Assembly: GCA_009914755.4 (NCBI GenBank)
Contig: CP086569.2
Span: 3,360,001 to 3,424,000 of the forward strand
DNA from: the human T2T-CHM13v2.0 reference genome, Homo sapiens
Length of the DNA: 64,000 bases
Reading direction: 5' to 3'
Within the stretch, counting starts at the first letter, position 1, and each line of letters begins with the position of its first letter. Positions 13,455 to 25,899 of this stretch are shown piece after piece. The notes under the pieces are model-generated. The model had not been told where the DNA came from. It was given only the letters and a program-made list of their open reading frames with translations, and searched no databases. The translations under genes and the position numbers were made by a program.

Positions 13455-14755
13455 TCCACTTTTAGATTCTGGGGGAGCATGTGCAGGTCTGTTACATGGG
13501 TATGTTGCATGATGTTGAGGTTAGGGGTGTGAATTGTCCTGTCACCCAGATAGTGAGCCTAGTACCCAATAGGTAGTTTTTCCCCCTTTGCCCTTTGCTC
13601 TTCCTTCCCACTCTAGTATTCTTGTCTATTGTTTCCATCTCTTTGCCTACCTATACCCAACGTTTAGCTCCCACTTGTAAGTGAGAACATGCAGTATTTG
13701 ATTTTCTTTTTCTGTATGATTTGCTTAGGATCATGGCCTCCAGCTGCATCCATGTTTCTGCAAAGAACATGATTTCATTCTCTTTTATGGCTCCATAGTA
13801 TTCCATGGTGATTACATACCATATTTTCTTTATCCAGTCCACCATTAATAGGCACCTTAGTTGATTCCATGTCTTTGTTATTGTGAATAGTGCTACAGTG
13901 AACATGTAAGTACATGTTTCTTTTTGGTAGAATAATTTATTTACCTTTGGGTATATACCCAGTAATAGGATTACTGGGTTGAATGGTAGTTCTATTTTAA
14001 TTCTTTGAGAAATCTCCAAACTGCTTTCCATAGTAACTGAACTAATTTACATATCCACAGTGTTTAAGTGTTCCCTTTTCTCCACAGCCTCTCCAGCATC
14101 TGCTGTTTTTTGACTTTTCAGTAATAGCAGTTCTGACTGGTGTGAGATTGTACCTCATTGTGGTTTAAATTTGCATTTTTTTGATGTTTAGTGATGTTGA
14201 ACCTTTTTTTATGTTTGTTGGCCACTTGTATGTTATTTGGATATCTTGTAGATATCATCCTTTGAGAGTATTCTCCTGTGAAAATGTGTCACATTTCTTT
14301 CCATGTGAAATTAATTTTAGATTATACCCTGAACATTTAAATATCATGATGTGTAGATTCCGGGTCCTGTTGTACTCCTCTGGAGGGAGAAAGTTGCTTT
14401 AATTTTTAGCAGGCAATTCAAATATTTAGGCATAAACTACAAATTCTGTCTCATCTTCCAAGGGTGGTGGTACCAATCTCAGTTTAATTTTTGAAGTCTC
14501 TACTATGCGAGTTTTGTCATTCCTGTGCATGCATGATGCAAGAGTGACCTCTAGACTTATTGAATTAGTGGTATCCATTTTTCAGATTTTTACTTCCTAC
14601 ATTTTCTCCCACATTCTTCAGTTTATATGGAACTATTTTCCAATAATTCCAAGTTCTTCAGTACAGAAAGGTGAGAATTCTATTAGCAATTTAGCCATTT
14701 ATGTTTCTTCTCTGTTTTATGGTTCTGTAATTGGGTTACCCCCGGGATAAACGTG
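13455..14755 (-). mobile_element. L1 (older L1P class) 3' portion on the minus strand: ORF2 C-terminus plus 3'UTR, with internal deletions
   Basis: The minus-strand track ORF 13651-14031 (..LLLGIYPKVNKLFYQKETCTYMFTVALFTITKTWNQLRCLLMVDWIKKIWYVITMEYYGAIKENEIMFFAETWMQLEAMILSK..) is a typical L1 ORF2 C-terminus. 13460-13600 is the reverse complement of an L1 3'UTR end (agattctgggggagcatgtgcaggtctgttacatgggtatgttgcatgatg..). Confidence 0.9.
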
Positions 14756-16549
14756 AAAGAGAAAAGAACAAAATGATAATATCATCCCCCATGCAGGACA
14801 CATCTTCAAGATTTGACTCTGATCTAAAACATTACCTTTATATACCTTTAAGAGTCCTCACATAGATTCTTTTTGTATTGTGTTAAGAACTGTCTGTTGT
14901 ACTGAGCAGAAGAGATTTGCTGTGGTAGCCTTATACTGCCATAGTGATACTAGAACCCAAAGCTATGCCATTTTAACACCTCAGCCCACTACTTTGACTC
15001 AGGAATGAAACTTCAGAAACCAACTCCAGAAAAAACTCTATGTAAATGCATAATTTTTCGTATGTTGATAAATGTACTTCAAAAAATTCATATGATATTT
15101 CTTTATCAGTTAACCTCTATTACATTTCTTTAGCTTTACCATGAAATCATTTTATGAAAGGCAGGGAATAGATTTATACAAGTTAATAACATTATTCAAG
15201 TACATAAATGCAAATGCATGATTAATTCTCAAATTTATCATAAGTGTTATAAATTCTATAACTTTATGCTCTGGGTGTTGGCTACTAGCTAACTTTCTTT
15301 TGTGTTATATTTGAGCAGAGCTCACTGTTAATATATTCAGGCTTTTAAAAAGAAGTTATGTATTTTTCTGTATTGGAGATACAATTAAGATTCTTCAAAG
15401 TAACAGGCAATATTTTGATAAATCCTAGTATACTAAGTTACCAATGTTGACAAAATATCACTCTATAATTTTCTAGAAAGATATGCCATTCATTTGTCCA
15501 GTTAATCCAAAATTTCATTCTTGCTAGTTTAAGTATGATAATAATTTTGACAAGTGGTGTCCACAAATACTATATTATTACTTATAGCAGTGAATAAGTT
15601 ATTCACATATTAACTCATAGGAAAATTTCTATAGTTGATTTTATATCTAAATATGACACAATGTAAAAAGGTTCTTTCCTTATCTGAAGTCATCATTTTA
15701 TTTTTATTTTTGAGAGAATATTGAGATAACCTTTAAGATATGAATATACATTTTCTATGCATTAACTTTTTAAAAGTTTTGTTAAATATTATTCATAATA
15801 TTTATGTATTTTAAATTTTAAATATATTTGTAATCTACTTGTAAATGACTTTTACAGCACGACTATTTCCATGGACTATTTTTACACTTCGAAGATTCAA
15901 ATACGGTGTTGAATTAATAGTTTATACTGTATTGATCAATGATTGCTTACCTGTTATTCATCAGTCTATGCATTGAATAAATATTTGTTGACCACCAATA
16001 TATGTCAGCACGTGTATACTGTGTTAAGACACAGAGAATTATCACAGTTTTGGCAGTAAGTGGAATGACTTATATAAGCAGTTCAAAGTTTACCTTCTTT
16101 ACAATAAATTACTTTATCTCCCAGGGCAATCTTACCATCAGCAGCCCAAATTTGTATACTTAATATGTGACTTATATTTTGATGACCTAACATACAATAG
16201 ACAGGGGTCTGTAGGTTTATTCAGAATAATAATTTTTTAAATAATAAAAATAAAAATAATAAAAATCCATTAATGAAATCTTTTCATATTTATATTGATT
16301 GCATTATTTTAAAGTTAAAGTGAAGAGAAAGTAAATAAGAGGACATAAATTTTTATTGAGACCATTCACTGTGCCAGTTACTGGGCTATACTGTTTACAA
16401 ATGATTGAATCTTACAAAACATCCTCAGGACAGAATTTAACTGAATTTTCAGAATTTTACAAAACACCCTCAGAATAGAAATTGTTTACCAATTTTAGAA
16501 GTAGAAAATTGTCAGGAGACTATTCTCCATGGGTATGTCATGGTACTGT

Positions 16550-16927
16550 TGATATGACTTGGATCTGTGTCCTGACTCAAATCTCATCAAATTGTAATCC
16601 CCATGTGTTGAGGGAGGAACCTCGTGGGAGGTGATTGGATCAAGGGGGCATTTTCCCCCATGCTGTTCTTGTGATAGTGAGTTCTTGTGAGATCCGATGG
16701 TCTAAAAGTGTTTGGAAGTTCCCCCTCTTGCACTCCCTCTCTCTCTCTCTCTCTCTCCTGCTGCCATGTAAGGTATGCCTTGCTTCCCCTTTGCTTTCCA
16801 CCATAATTGTGAGATTCCTGAGGCCTCCACAGCCATGTGGAACTGTGATTCAATTAAACCTCTTTCCTTTATAAACTACCCAGTCTCAGGTAGTTCTTTA
16901 TAGCAGTGTGAAAACAGACTAATACAG
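16550..16927 (+). mobile_element. 5' LTR of the MaLR element, carrying an internal (CT)n microsatellite at 16735-16757
   Basis: See the element feature. The run cctctctctctctctctctcctg is seen inside the LTR. Confidence 0.85.
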
Positions 16928-18423
16928 AAAGTTGGTACTGAGGGAAGTGGGGCATTGATATAAAGTTACCTGAAAATGTGAAACAGACTTTTTAACTGGG
17001 TAACAGGCAGAGGCTGGGGCAGTTTGCATGGCTCAGAAGAAAACAGGAAGATTTGGGAAAGTTTAGAACTTCCTAGACTCTAGCTGAATGGTTTTGACTA
17101 ACATGCGATAGTGGTATGGACAATTAAGTCCAGGCTGAGATTATCTCAGATGGAGATGAGGAATTTACTGGGAACTGGAGTAAATGTCTCTCATGCTGTG
17201 CTTTAGCAAAGAGACTAGCGGCATCTTGTCTCTGCCCTAGAGATCTGTGGAACTTTGAATTTGAGAGAGATGATTTAGGGTATCTGGCAGAAGAAACTTC
17301 TAAGCAGCAAGGCATTCAAGACGTGACCTGGCTTTTTATAAACGCGTACAGTCATATGCACTCACAATGAGATGGTCTGAAATTGGAACTTATCTTTAAA
17401 AGGGAAGCAAAGCATAACATTTTGGAAAATTTGCAGCCTGTCCATGTGGTATAAAAGGAAAAGCCATTTTCTGGGGAGAAATTCAAGACACCAATGCAGA
17501 AATTAGCATAAGAAAAGAGGAGTCTAATGTTAATAGCCAAGACAATGGGAAAAATGTCTCCAGGGCATTTTAGAGGTCTTCATTGCAGCCCCCACCACCC
17601 TCCCCACCCCATGACAGGCCCAGAAACCTAGGAGGGAAAAAATGGTTTCTTGGGCTGCATTCAGGACCACACTGCTCTGTGTAGTCTTGGGAAATGGTGC
17701 CCTGCATCCCAGTAGCTTCAGCTCCAGCTGTGGCTAAAAGGGGCCAAGGTACAGTTTGGACCATTACTTCAGAGAGTACAATCCCTGAACCTTGGTGGCT
17801 TACACATGGTGTTAAACCTGTGGGTACAAAGAAGACTAGAATTGAGGTTTGGGAACCTCCACCTAGATTTCAGAGAAATCTAGGGCCATCATCCTCCAGA
17901 CCCCAGAATGGTAGATCTACCAATAGCTTGCTCTATGCACCTTGAAAAGCTGCAGGTACTCAACACCAGCCTGTGAAAGGAGCCTCAGGGGCTGCACCCT
18001 ATGGAGCTACAGGGGTGGAGCTGTCCAAGGCTATGGGAGCACACCCCTTGCATCCTTGTGCCTTTGATGTGAGACATGAAATCAAAAGAGATTATTTTGG
18101 AGCTTTAAGATTTAAAGACTGTCCTGCAGGATTTCAGACTTACATGGAGCCTGTAGCCCCTTTGTTTTAGCCAATTTCTCCCTTTTGGAATGGGAGCATT
18201 TACACAATGCCTGTACCCCACATTGTGTCTTGGAAGTAACCAACTTATTTTTATTTTACAGACTCATAGGCAGAAGGAACTTGTCTTGTTTCAGATGAGA
18301 CTTTGGACTTGGACTTTTGAGTTAATGCTGGAATGAGTTAAGACTTTGAGGTATTGTTGGAAAGACATGATTGTGTTTTGAAATATGAGAGGGACATGAG
18401 ATTTGGGAGGGGCCAGGGTGGAA

Positions 18424-18789
18424 TGATATGGTTTGGCTCTGTATCCTCACCCAAATCTCATCTCAAATTGTAATTTTCATGTGTTGGGGAGGGATCTTGT
18501 GGGAGGTGATTGGATTATGGGCGAGGTCTCCCTCATGCTGCTCTTGTGATAGTGAATGAGTTCTCACAAGATCTGATGCTTTTAAAGTTATTTGGCAGTC
18601 CACCTCAGTTTCTCTGTCTCCTGGCGACACACAATGTACCTTGCTTCCTCTTCACCTTCTGCCATGATTGTGAGTTTCATGAGGTCTCTCCAGCCATGGG
18701 GAACTGTGAGTCAATTAAACTTCTTTTCCTTATAAACTACCCAGTCTCAGGTAGTTATTTATAGCAGTGTGAAAGCAGACTAATACAAC
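18424..18789 (+). mobile_element. 3' LTR of the MaLR element
   Basis: Starts tgatatggtttggctctgtatcctcacccaaatctcatctcaaattgtaattttcatgtgttggggaggg and ends ...cagtgtgaaagcagactaatacaa. Confidence 0.85.
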
Positions 18790-20361
18790 TGCACATCCTG
18801 TGAGAAACGCACCATCTGTCCTTTGCTCCAAAATATTTTTTCAAGGATTTTTGTATAGAAAAAAACTTTGAAATGTAGATATAATACATTCCTACGGAAA
18901 ACAGTGACGAAATTATTTTTGTCCAGTTTAATTAAAAAATAAAAATGTTTTCCTTTAGTGCAAAGTCAGGCATGTTTACTCACTGTCATAAAAGATTTGG
19001 GAAGTTCAGTGTGTCTCAGCTGTAATTCCAAACCATTGCATGCATAGCATGCATCTGATCCATATCACATTAAATCAATGGACCTTGCAGGCAAAGGAAA
19101 CTGACACTCATATTTATGCTGCTTGCTGTGCTATGAATAATAAGAGCCTTTGTATCTGATCCTGGAGTTTTGTGACTTCTGTCCACCACTATGAAACTGT
19201 GGTAGGCTAAATTGTTAGCTTGCAAGAAGAGTAAAATATCTGACCCTCATAATTCTTGAAGAAAGTTTGGAAATTTGGAGTGTAAGTAACTTGTCATGTC
19301 TGAATACAAGGTACACATTCTGTACAAGTACAAAATACTGCCATGTATCATAAATTACATAAACATTATTTTTTATATAGTCTTGTATTACAGTTTTTTT
19401 CAGTAACAGAAGATGAGGATTACACTTGATTCATTTATTTACATTCTGAAACTTTAGTGAAATAACTTGTGGACAGGGTTTTAATATATGTCTTTCAAAC
19501 ATAATTGGATTTTATTAGTGTGTAAAAAAACTGTTACATTTTTTCAGTGCAATAAAAAGAATTATACCATAACCAGGGATGGCTTTTGGAAAATCTAAGA
19601 AACCAATGTTTATTTTTGCCATTGAGCAAAGTCTGCAGACGTTCAAGGCTATTTAGAATAGAATTTTGTCAGTTTTTTGTACAATCCTCACAAACTGCAA
19701 GACAGAGAAGAGGTAAGAGTGACAATGTGGATCAAAATTTTTCTAGCAAATATCATTCCAGTGCTTCAGTGGAGCCCTGTGATCCCTTAGTTTATTTTTC
19801 TCCAACAGTCAGATGACAATTGTAAATACAATGTAAATACATAGACAGAGTCATTTACACATGTGGAAAAATTGACATCAGCATCAATATCCCAGGTATT
19901 TTATTTATAAGGTAATGGATTCTTCTGGCTGCTAAGAAAGAAAATAAAATATTTTCAACCATATTATAATTGGAACAAAAACTCAGTTTACTTAATTTTT
20001 TTATTTTAACTTTCTACTGATTCTGAAAAACAAAAATCTTTCAGACACTATTTGATTGTGTATTGCTTAATCTTCCATTTAGAAGTTTACTGTTGGGTAT
20101 TTTTTTTTTTTTGAAAATAAGTAAACAAGCCACTATATTAGTGACAACTGCAAGTCTCCTGTCACATGACAATTTCATCCAAACCCCTCCACTAAGAGAC
20201 TTAACCAAACTGTAGCATGGCTTCTAGTAGCATAATGTGTGCCTAGCATGACCCCAGGCCTGAATTAAAATGCCTACCTGGGAAAGCACAAGGCTGCTAG
20301 GAAAATTTTCTGTTTGTTCAAGCCAACCTGATGATAGGCCCTGAGTTCCTTATCTTAGAGC

Positions 20362-20827
20362 TGTAAGAGTTAAAGAAAGAGCAAATAAACACGAAATGCA
20401 GCTTAACAGGTAACGGCACGTTTATTTTAGAAAAAAACCTGAGAGGGGCTTCTGGCCGATTTTGGTCAGGAGCACTTTTTCTTACAGGCTAAGAGTATAT
20501 ATTGGTTTTAGGGTGAAGGGGCTTATCATAAGCTTGGAATGTTTCTGTGTGAGGAAGAAGTTTAATGATGGGGTTGGAAAGTCTCTGGGTGGAGGGGAGG
20601 TTATTTTGGGGCTGACATCTTTCCAGCCGGAGGGGGGTTATCTCGGGGCTAGCATGTCTCTGCTTGGGGAGAAGTTTGGAATGTTTCTGCTTGGAGATGT
20701 TATTTATGGTTTATGGTCAGCTGACCTTAGCCATAAGGCTGATGCCCTTTGGATTTAGGCGGTTTTTGATTAAGGTGAACTTTAGAATGAGGGGCTTGTC
20801 CAAGACGGTGATGTTCCTCCTCTGTCA
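20362..20827 (+). mobile_element. Solo LTR, copy 1 of an unassigned LTR family, with termini TGTAAG...TGTCA and a perfect 5-bp TSD AGAGC
   Basis: ~80% identical over its full length to the copy at 25441-25899. It begins TG and ends CA. agagc is at 20357-20361 and again at 20828-20832. A 5-bp TSD is typical of class III (ERVL/MaLR) LTRs. Confidence 0.65.
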
Positions 20828-20842
20828 AGAGCAATTTATTAA

Positions 20843-21232
<390 letters not shown>

Positions 21233-22334
21233 GAGAGCCATTCCTTTACAGTGTAATTATCAAGAGAGTTAAGTCCTCTGTGCCCCAGTCTCTGTGGGAG
21301 AATGCATCCTCATTTCGATAACTGCCAGGAAGCTGACACAGCTGACGCAGCTGGCCTAATCACATTTACATGAATTAACCCTTTGTACGTTTTTACTTCT
21401 TTGACTCTACTGAACCCCCCACACTCTCTTCTCCCTCATTCTCCCTTGAAAATGTTCAGTTATCTTTGTATAAATGTGAATGGAGCACTGCTTTATCACA
21501 TACTGTCAGTTACCTAAAATTTGTCTTCACTGCTTCAACTAATGGTAGGCTGTGGGTTATTTTTTGACACTAGCTAGGAATTGAGCAATATGCAGGTTAG
21601 AAAATTGAATTTTTTCCTTTTGAGTGTAAGTTAGAAATTGGGAATAATTGGGTGATAATTGTTAAAGGAGGTGAATATCTCTGACATGTCACTTATCCTG
21701 AAAAAATTTGTTTATAGCTATAAGTTAATTCAATTCAAACTATGTTTTTAATAGTGAATGTCATATGTACAAATTTCAATGACTGAGGACTAGGCTTAAG
21801 AGTATGGTGCTTCTAAAATTTGCTCAAGATATCTTTAGAAAATGAACTAAAAATAAGGCACCTCACCCAAATGGGGAAAAATCAGTAATAATTAATTACA
21901 TTATTTGTTAATTAATTCACTAAATAAGTGAAGGTTTATGAATATTAGCCCCAGGTGGCAAAGGCTTTATATTTTGTTAAGACAGAAATCAGATTGAGTG
22001 TTACAGTTATTCAAGTCATAAAAGAGAATATTATCAAGGGGGTTATCAGCTTTGTAGTAGTGATACATAGGTATTATATAAAGACATCTCAACCTGTTTC
22101 TTATAATGCAGTCAAGTATTCTGGTACTAGCATATACAATAACAGAAAGGTTAATATTTTGATATTTATGAGAAAAATGTTAAGGGGGAAAGTGAGGGTT
22201 CTTAGGAGGCAGCATACCTAGTACTTAAGAGCCAACCTGCTTGATACAATTGATAGCTCCACCACTTATTATCTTAGATATCTTGTGGAGTTATTTAACT
22301 TTTGTTAGTCATACTTTTCTTTTGTACAACTTGA

Positions 22335-22612
22335 ATAAGCAGGGTAAGTATCTCAGATTGTCGCTAGGAGGTGTGAAAGGAAAATATCTTGGGCCCCTAC
22401 AATTACAATCACGAAGCTAAAGGGAAAATTCAAGTTTGGAACTGCTTAGGGCAACCTGCCTCCCATTCTATTCTAATAAGTAGGGTAAGTGTCTCAGATT
22501 GTTGCTAGGAGGTGTGAAAGGAAAATATCTTGGGCCCCCACAATCACAATCAGGAAGCTAAAGGGAAAATTCAAGCTGGGAACTGCTTAGGGCAACCTGC
22601 CTCCATTCTATT
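22335..22612. repeat. Tandem duplication: two units of ~140 bp, ~93% identical
   Basis: Unit 1 at 22335-22474 is aataagcagggtaagtatctcagattgtcgctaggaggtgtgaaaggaaaatatcttgggcccctacaattacaatcacgaagctaaagggaaaattcaagtttggaactgcttagggcaacctgcctcccattctattct. Unit 2 at 22475-22612 is the same with ~10 substitutions. Confidence 0.9.
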
Positions 22613-22960
22613 CAAATTTATCTCTATGCTCACTGAGATAAATGCATATCTGATTGCCTACTTTGGAAAGGCTAATCAGATACTCAAAAGAATGCAACCT
22701 TTGTCTCTCACCTGTCTGTGACCTGCTTTGAGTCTTCCTGCCTTTGCTTCGAGTTGTCCCACCTTTCCAGACTGAACCAATGTACTCCTTATATATATTG
22801 ATTGATGTCTCATGTCTCCCTAAAATGTGTAAAATCAAGCTGTGCCTCAACCACCTTGGTCATATGTCATCAGAACTTCTTGAGGCTGTGTTACCTCAAC
22901 CTTGGCAAAATAAACTTCCTTAATTGACTGCGACCTGTCTCAACTGTTTGGCGTCCACAG
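22613..22960 (+). mobile_element. Probable ERV1 LTR fragment (MER4-like R/U5 region)
   Basis: ...ccaatgtactccttatatatattgattgatgtctcatgtctccctaaaatgtgtaaaatcaagctgtgcctcaaccaccttggtcatatgtcatcagaacttcttgaggctgtgttacctcaaccttggcaaaataaacttccttaattgactgcgacctgtctcaactgtttggcgtccacag resembles MER4-family LTR 3' regions (aaataaacttt.taaattga..gagacctgtctcag). Recalled from memory, not verified. Confidence 0.35.
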
Positions 22961-24869
22961 AGGTTTTAAGTAAAATAGTCTACAGAAAGGTTCAGAAGTC
23001 TATGAGACTTAGAGAGTAGTAGCTATTATTTTTATACATTCAAAGCCAAAGAAGGAAGAGAAAGGAGGAAAAGGAAGGGACAGGCAAGATGTTGTAATCT
23101 TTAAGAAATGAGAAAAAGAAAGAAAACCCCAAATTTCCTTTTCCTTTTTATCTCTTTATGAAAATTCTTTGGCAGATTTTCACCATTTATCTTTGGAGAA
23201 TTCTAAAAATTACAGAGTTACAAAGGGATTAAGTGAGAGAGTTGTCCTGATTTTTAAAGAGGATAAAATATTGGATCGTAGAAACTACAGTACACTTAGC
23301 ACTAATGCCTAGGAAATATCTGAAATTGAGTATTCAATACATCAGTTTAAAGATCTAAAAAAAAAATACCCTAAACAATGAAATGACTTACTCATTTCAT
23401 TTTTTTTCATCAAACATCAATAAAACTGACATGTTTGGAATAGCATGTCCAATGCCGCAGTACTTTTCTATAGGTACTGATCCTTTCATCTTTTACATGT
23501 TTATCACAGAAGCTGCCTTGTAACCATGTTATACAAATGTTAGATTTTTTTTGACCACTGTTTTATTCAACAATAAACAAATGAGCCAATCTGACAAAAT
23601 GAACCTCCTTTTAACTGGGAATTAGGGGCTTGAGAGCAAAATAGTCTTTTCTCAGGTAGGTAAAGCTGTATGATGTGAAGCTATGTGGATGAAAGTAGCA
23701 ATGTTTCCCAAAGTGCACCAAAAAAATGATTTTAGAGAGAACATAATGAAGCCACACACAGAGAGAAGTGTAGAGCAAATAGAAAGAGCTTGATCTTATT
23801 TAAGTCTCTGGATTTTCTGAAGCCAAGCCACATTTCTGTTCAAAATAAATATAAGTTGTTACTGTGTTCATCAAGCTAGTCTAAATATGTTTCCTTACAG
23901 ATTATTAAATAAGTATATAAAGGAAAGTGTGTAGTGAGGCCTAAAAACTTTACGTACAATGTGAGAAAATGTGGATTGGATATCAGGACAGATAAGTGAT
24001 TGTTTAGATAAATGAATAATGCAGCACTGTCAAACTACAGAGAGGAGCTTTAAAGGTAATCTGCAGGGTTTATCACTTTGTTACTTCCTGCCTAGAATTT
24101 TATCAATAATTTAGATGAATATATAAAAGATACATTTAATAAAAATGTAAGCCAATGGACAATTTTTTAAGACTCAAAGTTAGTAAAATATTAAGTTTAA
24201 TTTATGCCATGACATATTAGGAACGAGGCTATAGACATGACATATATCATAAAATATCTGAAAGATTTGTGAAAGAGATACTTGATATTATCAATAGATT
24301 AAGAGCACAAAATCAGGACAAATTGATATATGTTATGAGGAGAAAGTTTTCATTTCAGTACAAGGAAAATTTACTAACAGTAAAAATCAAAAGTTAACAC
24401 TGAACAGCTTAGTTAAATTTCCATTATTAAAGTGTTAAAACCAAGCCTTTGCTTTTATTTAAGACCACAGCATAGATGAGTTTTATATTAGGTAAAATGT
24501 TGGGTTGAAAACATCTTCAAAGACTTTCAAATCCGAAATTTTATAGAAAATTGGTAATCCTAGATTAATTCCTAAAAGTTAAAATTCCTTTATATTTTAT
24601 TTAAATTTTATTCTGTCTTGCTTATAGACTAGGAGTTAGAATATCTGGAGATGGGAAGGGATGAAGCTGGAGAGTGAATGGTGTCCTTTGGGGCTGAGTC
24701 TTGAAATGGGGAAGAAATTACCCAAAACAACAAGATGGTTGATCCTGATAACAAATAAGTGAACAAAAAAAAGTTGCTCACAGATGCTGTTGAGGTGGGA
24801 GAATAGGGCCTGGAGGCAAGGAATCTAAGGACTTCCTAGAACTAAATCAAATGAAAACACTTCAGCTAT

Positions 24870-25177
24870 GATAGGAAATATCCTCTCTATTTACATAGGG
24901 CATACAATGAGTAAATGAATTTGTAACTTTACTTCATCCTCTTCATTAACATAGGGCATATACCAAGTAACCAATGGAAACCTCTAGAGGGTATTTAAAC
25001 CCCAGAAAATTCTGTAACAGTGCTCGAGCCCACTCCCACCCTGTGGAGCATACTTTCGTTTTCAAGAAATCTCTGCTTTTGTTGCTTCATTCTTTCCTTT
25101 TTTTGTTTGTGTGTTTTGTCCAATTTTTTGTTCAAGACATCAAGAATCTGGACACTCTCCACTGGTAACACTGTCAT
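24870..25177 (+). mobile_element. ERV1-type LTR fragment (U3 end, R and U5) with CCAAT, TATTTAAA and poly(A)-signal-like motifs, probably a solo LTR
   Basis: Sequence is ..ccaagtaaccaatggaaacctctagagggtatttaaaccccagaaaattctgtaacagtgctcgagcccactcccaccctgtggagcatactttcgttttcaagaaatctctgcttttgttgcttcattctttcc...ttgttcaagacatcaagaatctggacactctccactggtaaca. It ends in CA and no tRNA primer-binding site follows it. Confidence 0.4.
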
Positions 25178-25440
25178 ATAAGAATCCAGCTATTACAAAA
25201 TCCAGGTAACAATATATGGGCATCAAAACTGGGCTTCTAGAAGAGGAGTTTGTGTTCAGCAAGTTAAATGTAAGAACAAGGGGAATAATAGGGCATGGTG
25301 TTGGTGGTGGAGGAGTTAAATGGTAGCATAGCTAAAAGGATCAGAACAGACATAGTCATTTCTATTTTTCCCCAAAATCTGAGCTGTGTTACATGTGAGC
25401 TTATATGTCTTAGAAGGCTAGAGATAAAACAGATACCCTC

Positions 25441-25899
25441 TGTAAAAGTTAAAGAAAGAGGAAAGAAACAGAAAACACAGCTTGATAGTTAAAGACAGGT
25501 TTACTTTAGATAAAACCCAAGGGGGGCTTCTGGCCAATTTCTGTCAGGGGCACTTTCTCTTACAGACTAAGAGTATATATTGGTTTTAGGGTAAAGGAGC
25601 CTATTACAAGCTTGGGATGTTTCTGTGTGGGGCAGAAGTTTATGGCAGGGTTGAAATGTCTCTGGGCAGAGGGGAGGTTATCTTGGGGCTGGCGTCTTCC
25701 CAGCTGGAGGGGTAGCATGTCTCTGCCTGGGGAGGAGTTTGGGATGTTTCTGGTTGGAGATATTATTTGTGGTTTATGGTCATGCTGACCTTAGCCATTA
25801 AGGCTGATGCCCTTTGGATTTAGATAGGTTTTCTTTTTTTATTAAGGTGAACTTTAGAATGAGGAGCTTGTCCAAGATGGTGATGCTCCTGCTCTTTCA
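25441..25899 (+). mobile_element. Solo LTR, copy 2 of the same unassigned LTR family as 20362-20827, with its own 5-bp TSD CCCTC
   Basis: Termini are TGTAAAAGTTAAAG... and ...CTCTTTCA. ccctc is at 25436-25440 and again at 25900-25904. Confidence 0.65.

Larger units (their letters stand above)
16550..18789 (+). mobile_element. Structurally complete MaLR (ERVL-MaLR; THE1/MST-class) element made of LTR, non-coding internal region and LTR
   Basis: The 5' LTR is at 16550-16927 and the 3' LTR at 18424-18789. Both begin tgatatg(a/g)(c/t)ttgg.tctgt.tcct.a.tcaaatctcatc..aattgtaat and end ..ataaactacccagtctcaggtagtt.tttatagcagtgtgaaa.cagactaataca. The 1.5-kb internal part matches THE1/MST-int (gtaccggtagagtggggt-like ...tacctgaaaatgtgaaacagactttttaactgggtaacaggcagaggctgg...agaacttcctagactc...gaatggttttgactaacatgcgatagtggtatggacaattaagtccaggctgag...). 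The two LTRs are only ~80-85% identical. Flanking near-TSD is ACTGT / ACTGC. Confidence 0.85.

Noticed and set aside
13651-14031. Minus-strand 126-aa ORF, the longest in the window, as a possible gene
   Set aside because: It is an L1 ORF2 C-terminal fragment (..LLLGIYPK...TMEYYGAIKENEIMFFAETWMQLEAMILSK..) inside a minus-strand L1.
18840-20350. Possible DNA-transposon-like or otherwise unclassified repeat in single-copy-looking sequence (for example around 19550-19800)
   Set aside because: I could not match it to any family from memory, and it has no terminal inverted repeats or TSDs that I could identify, so it is left unannotated.
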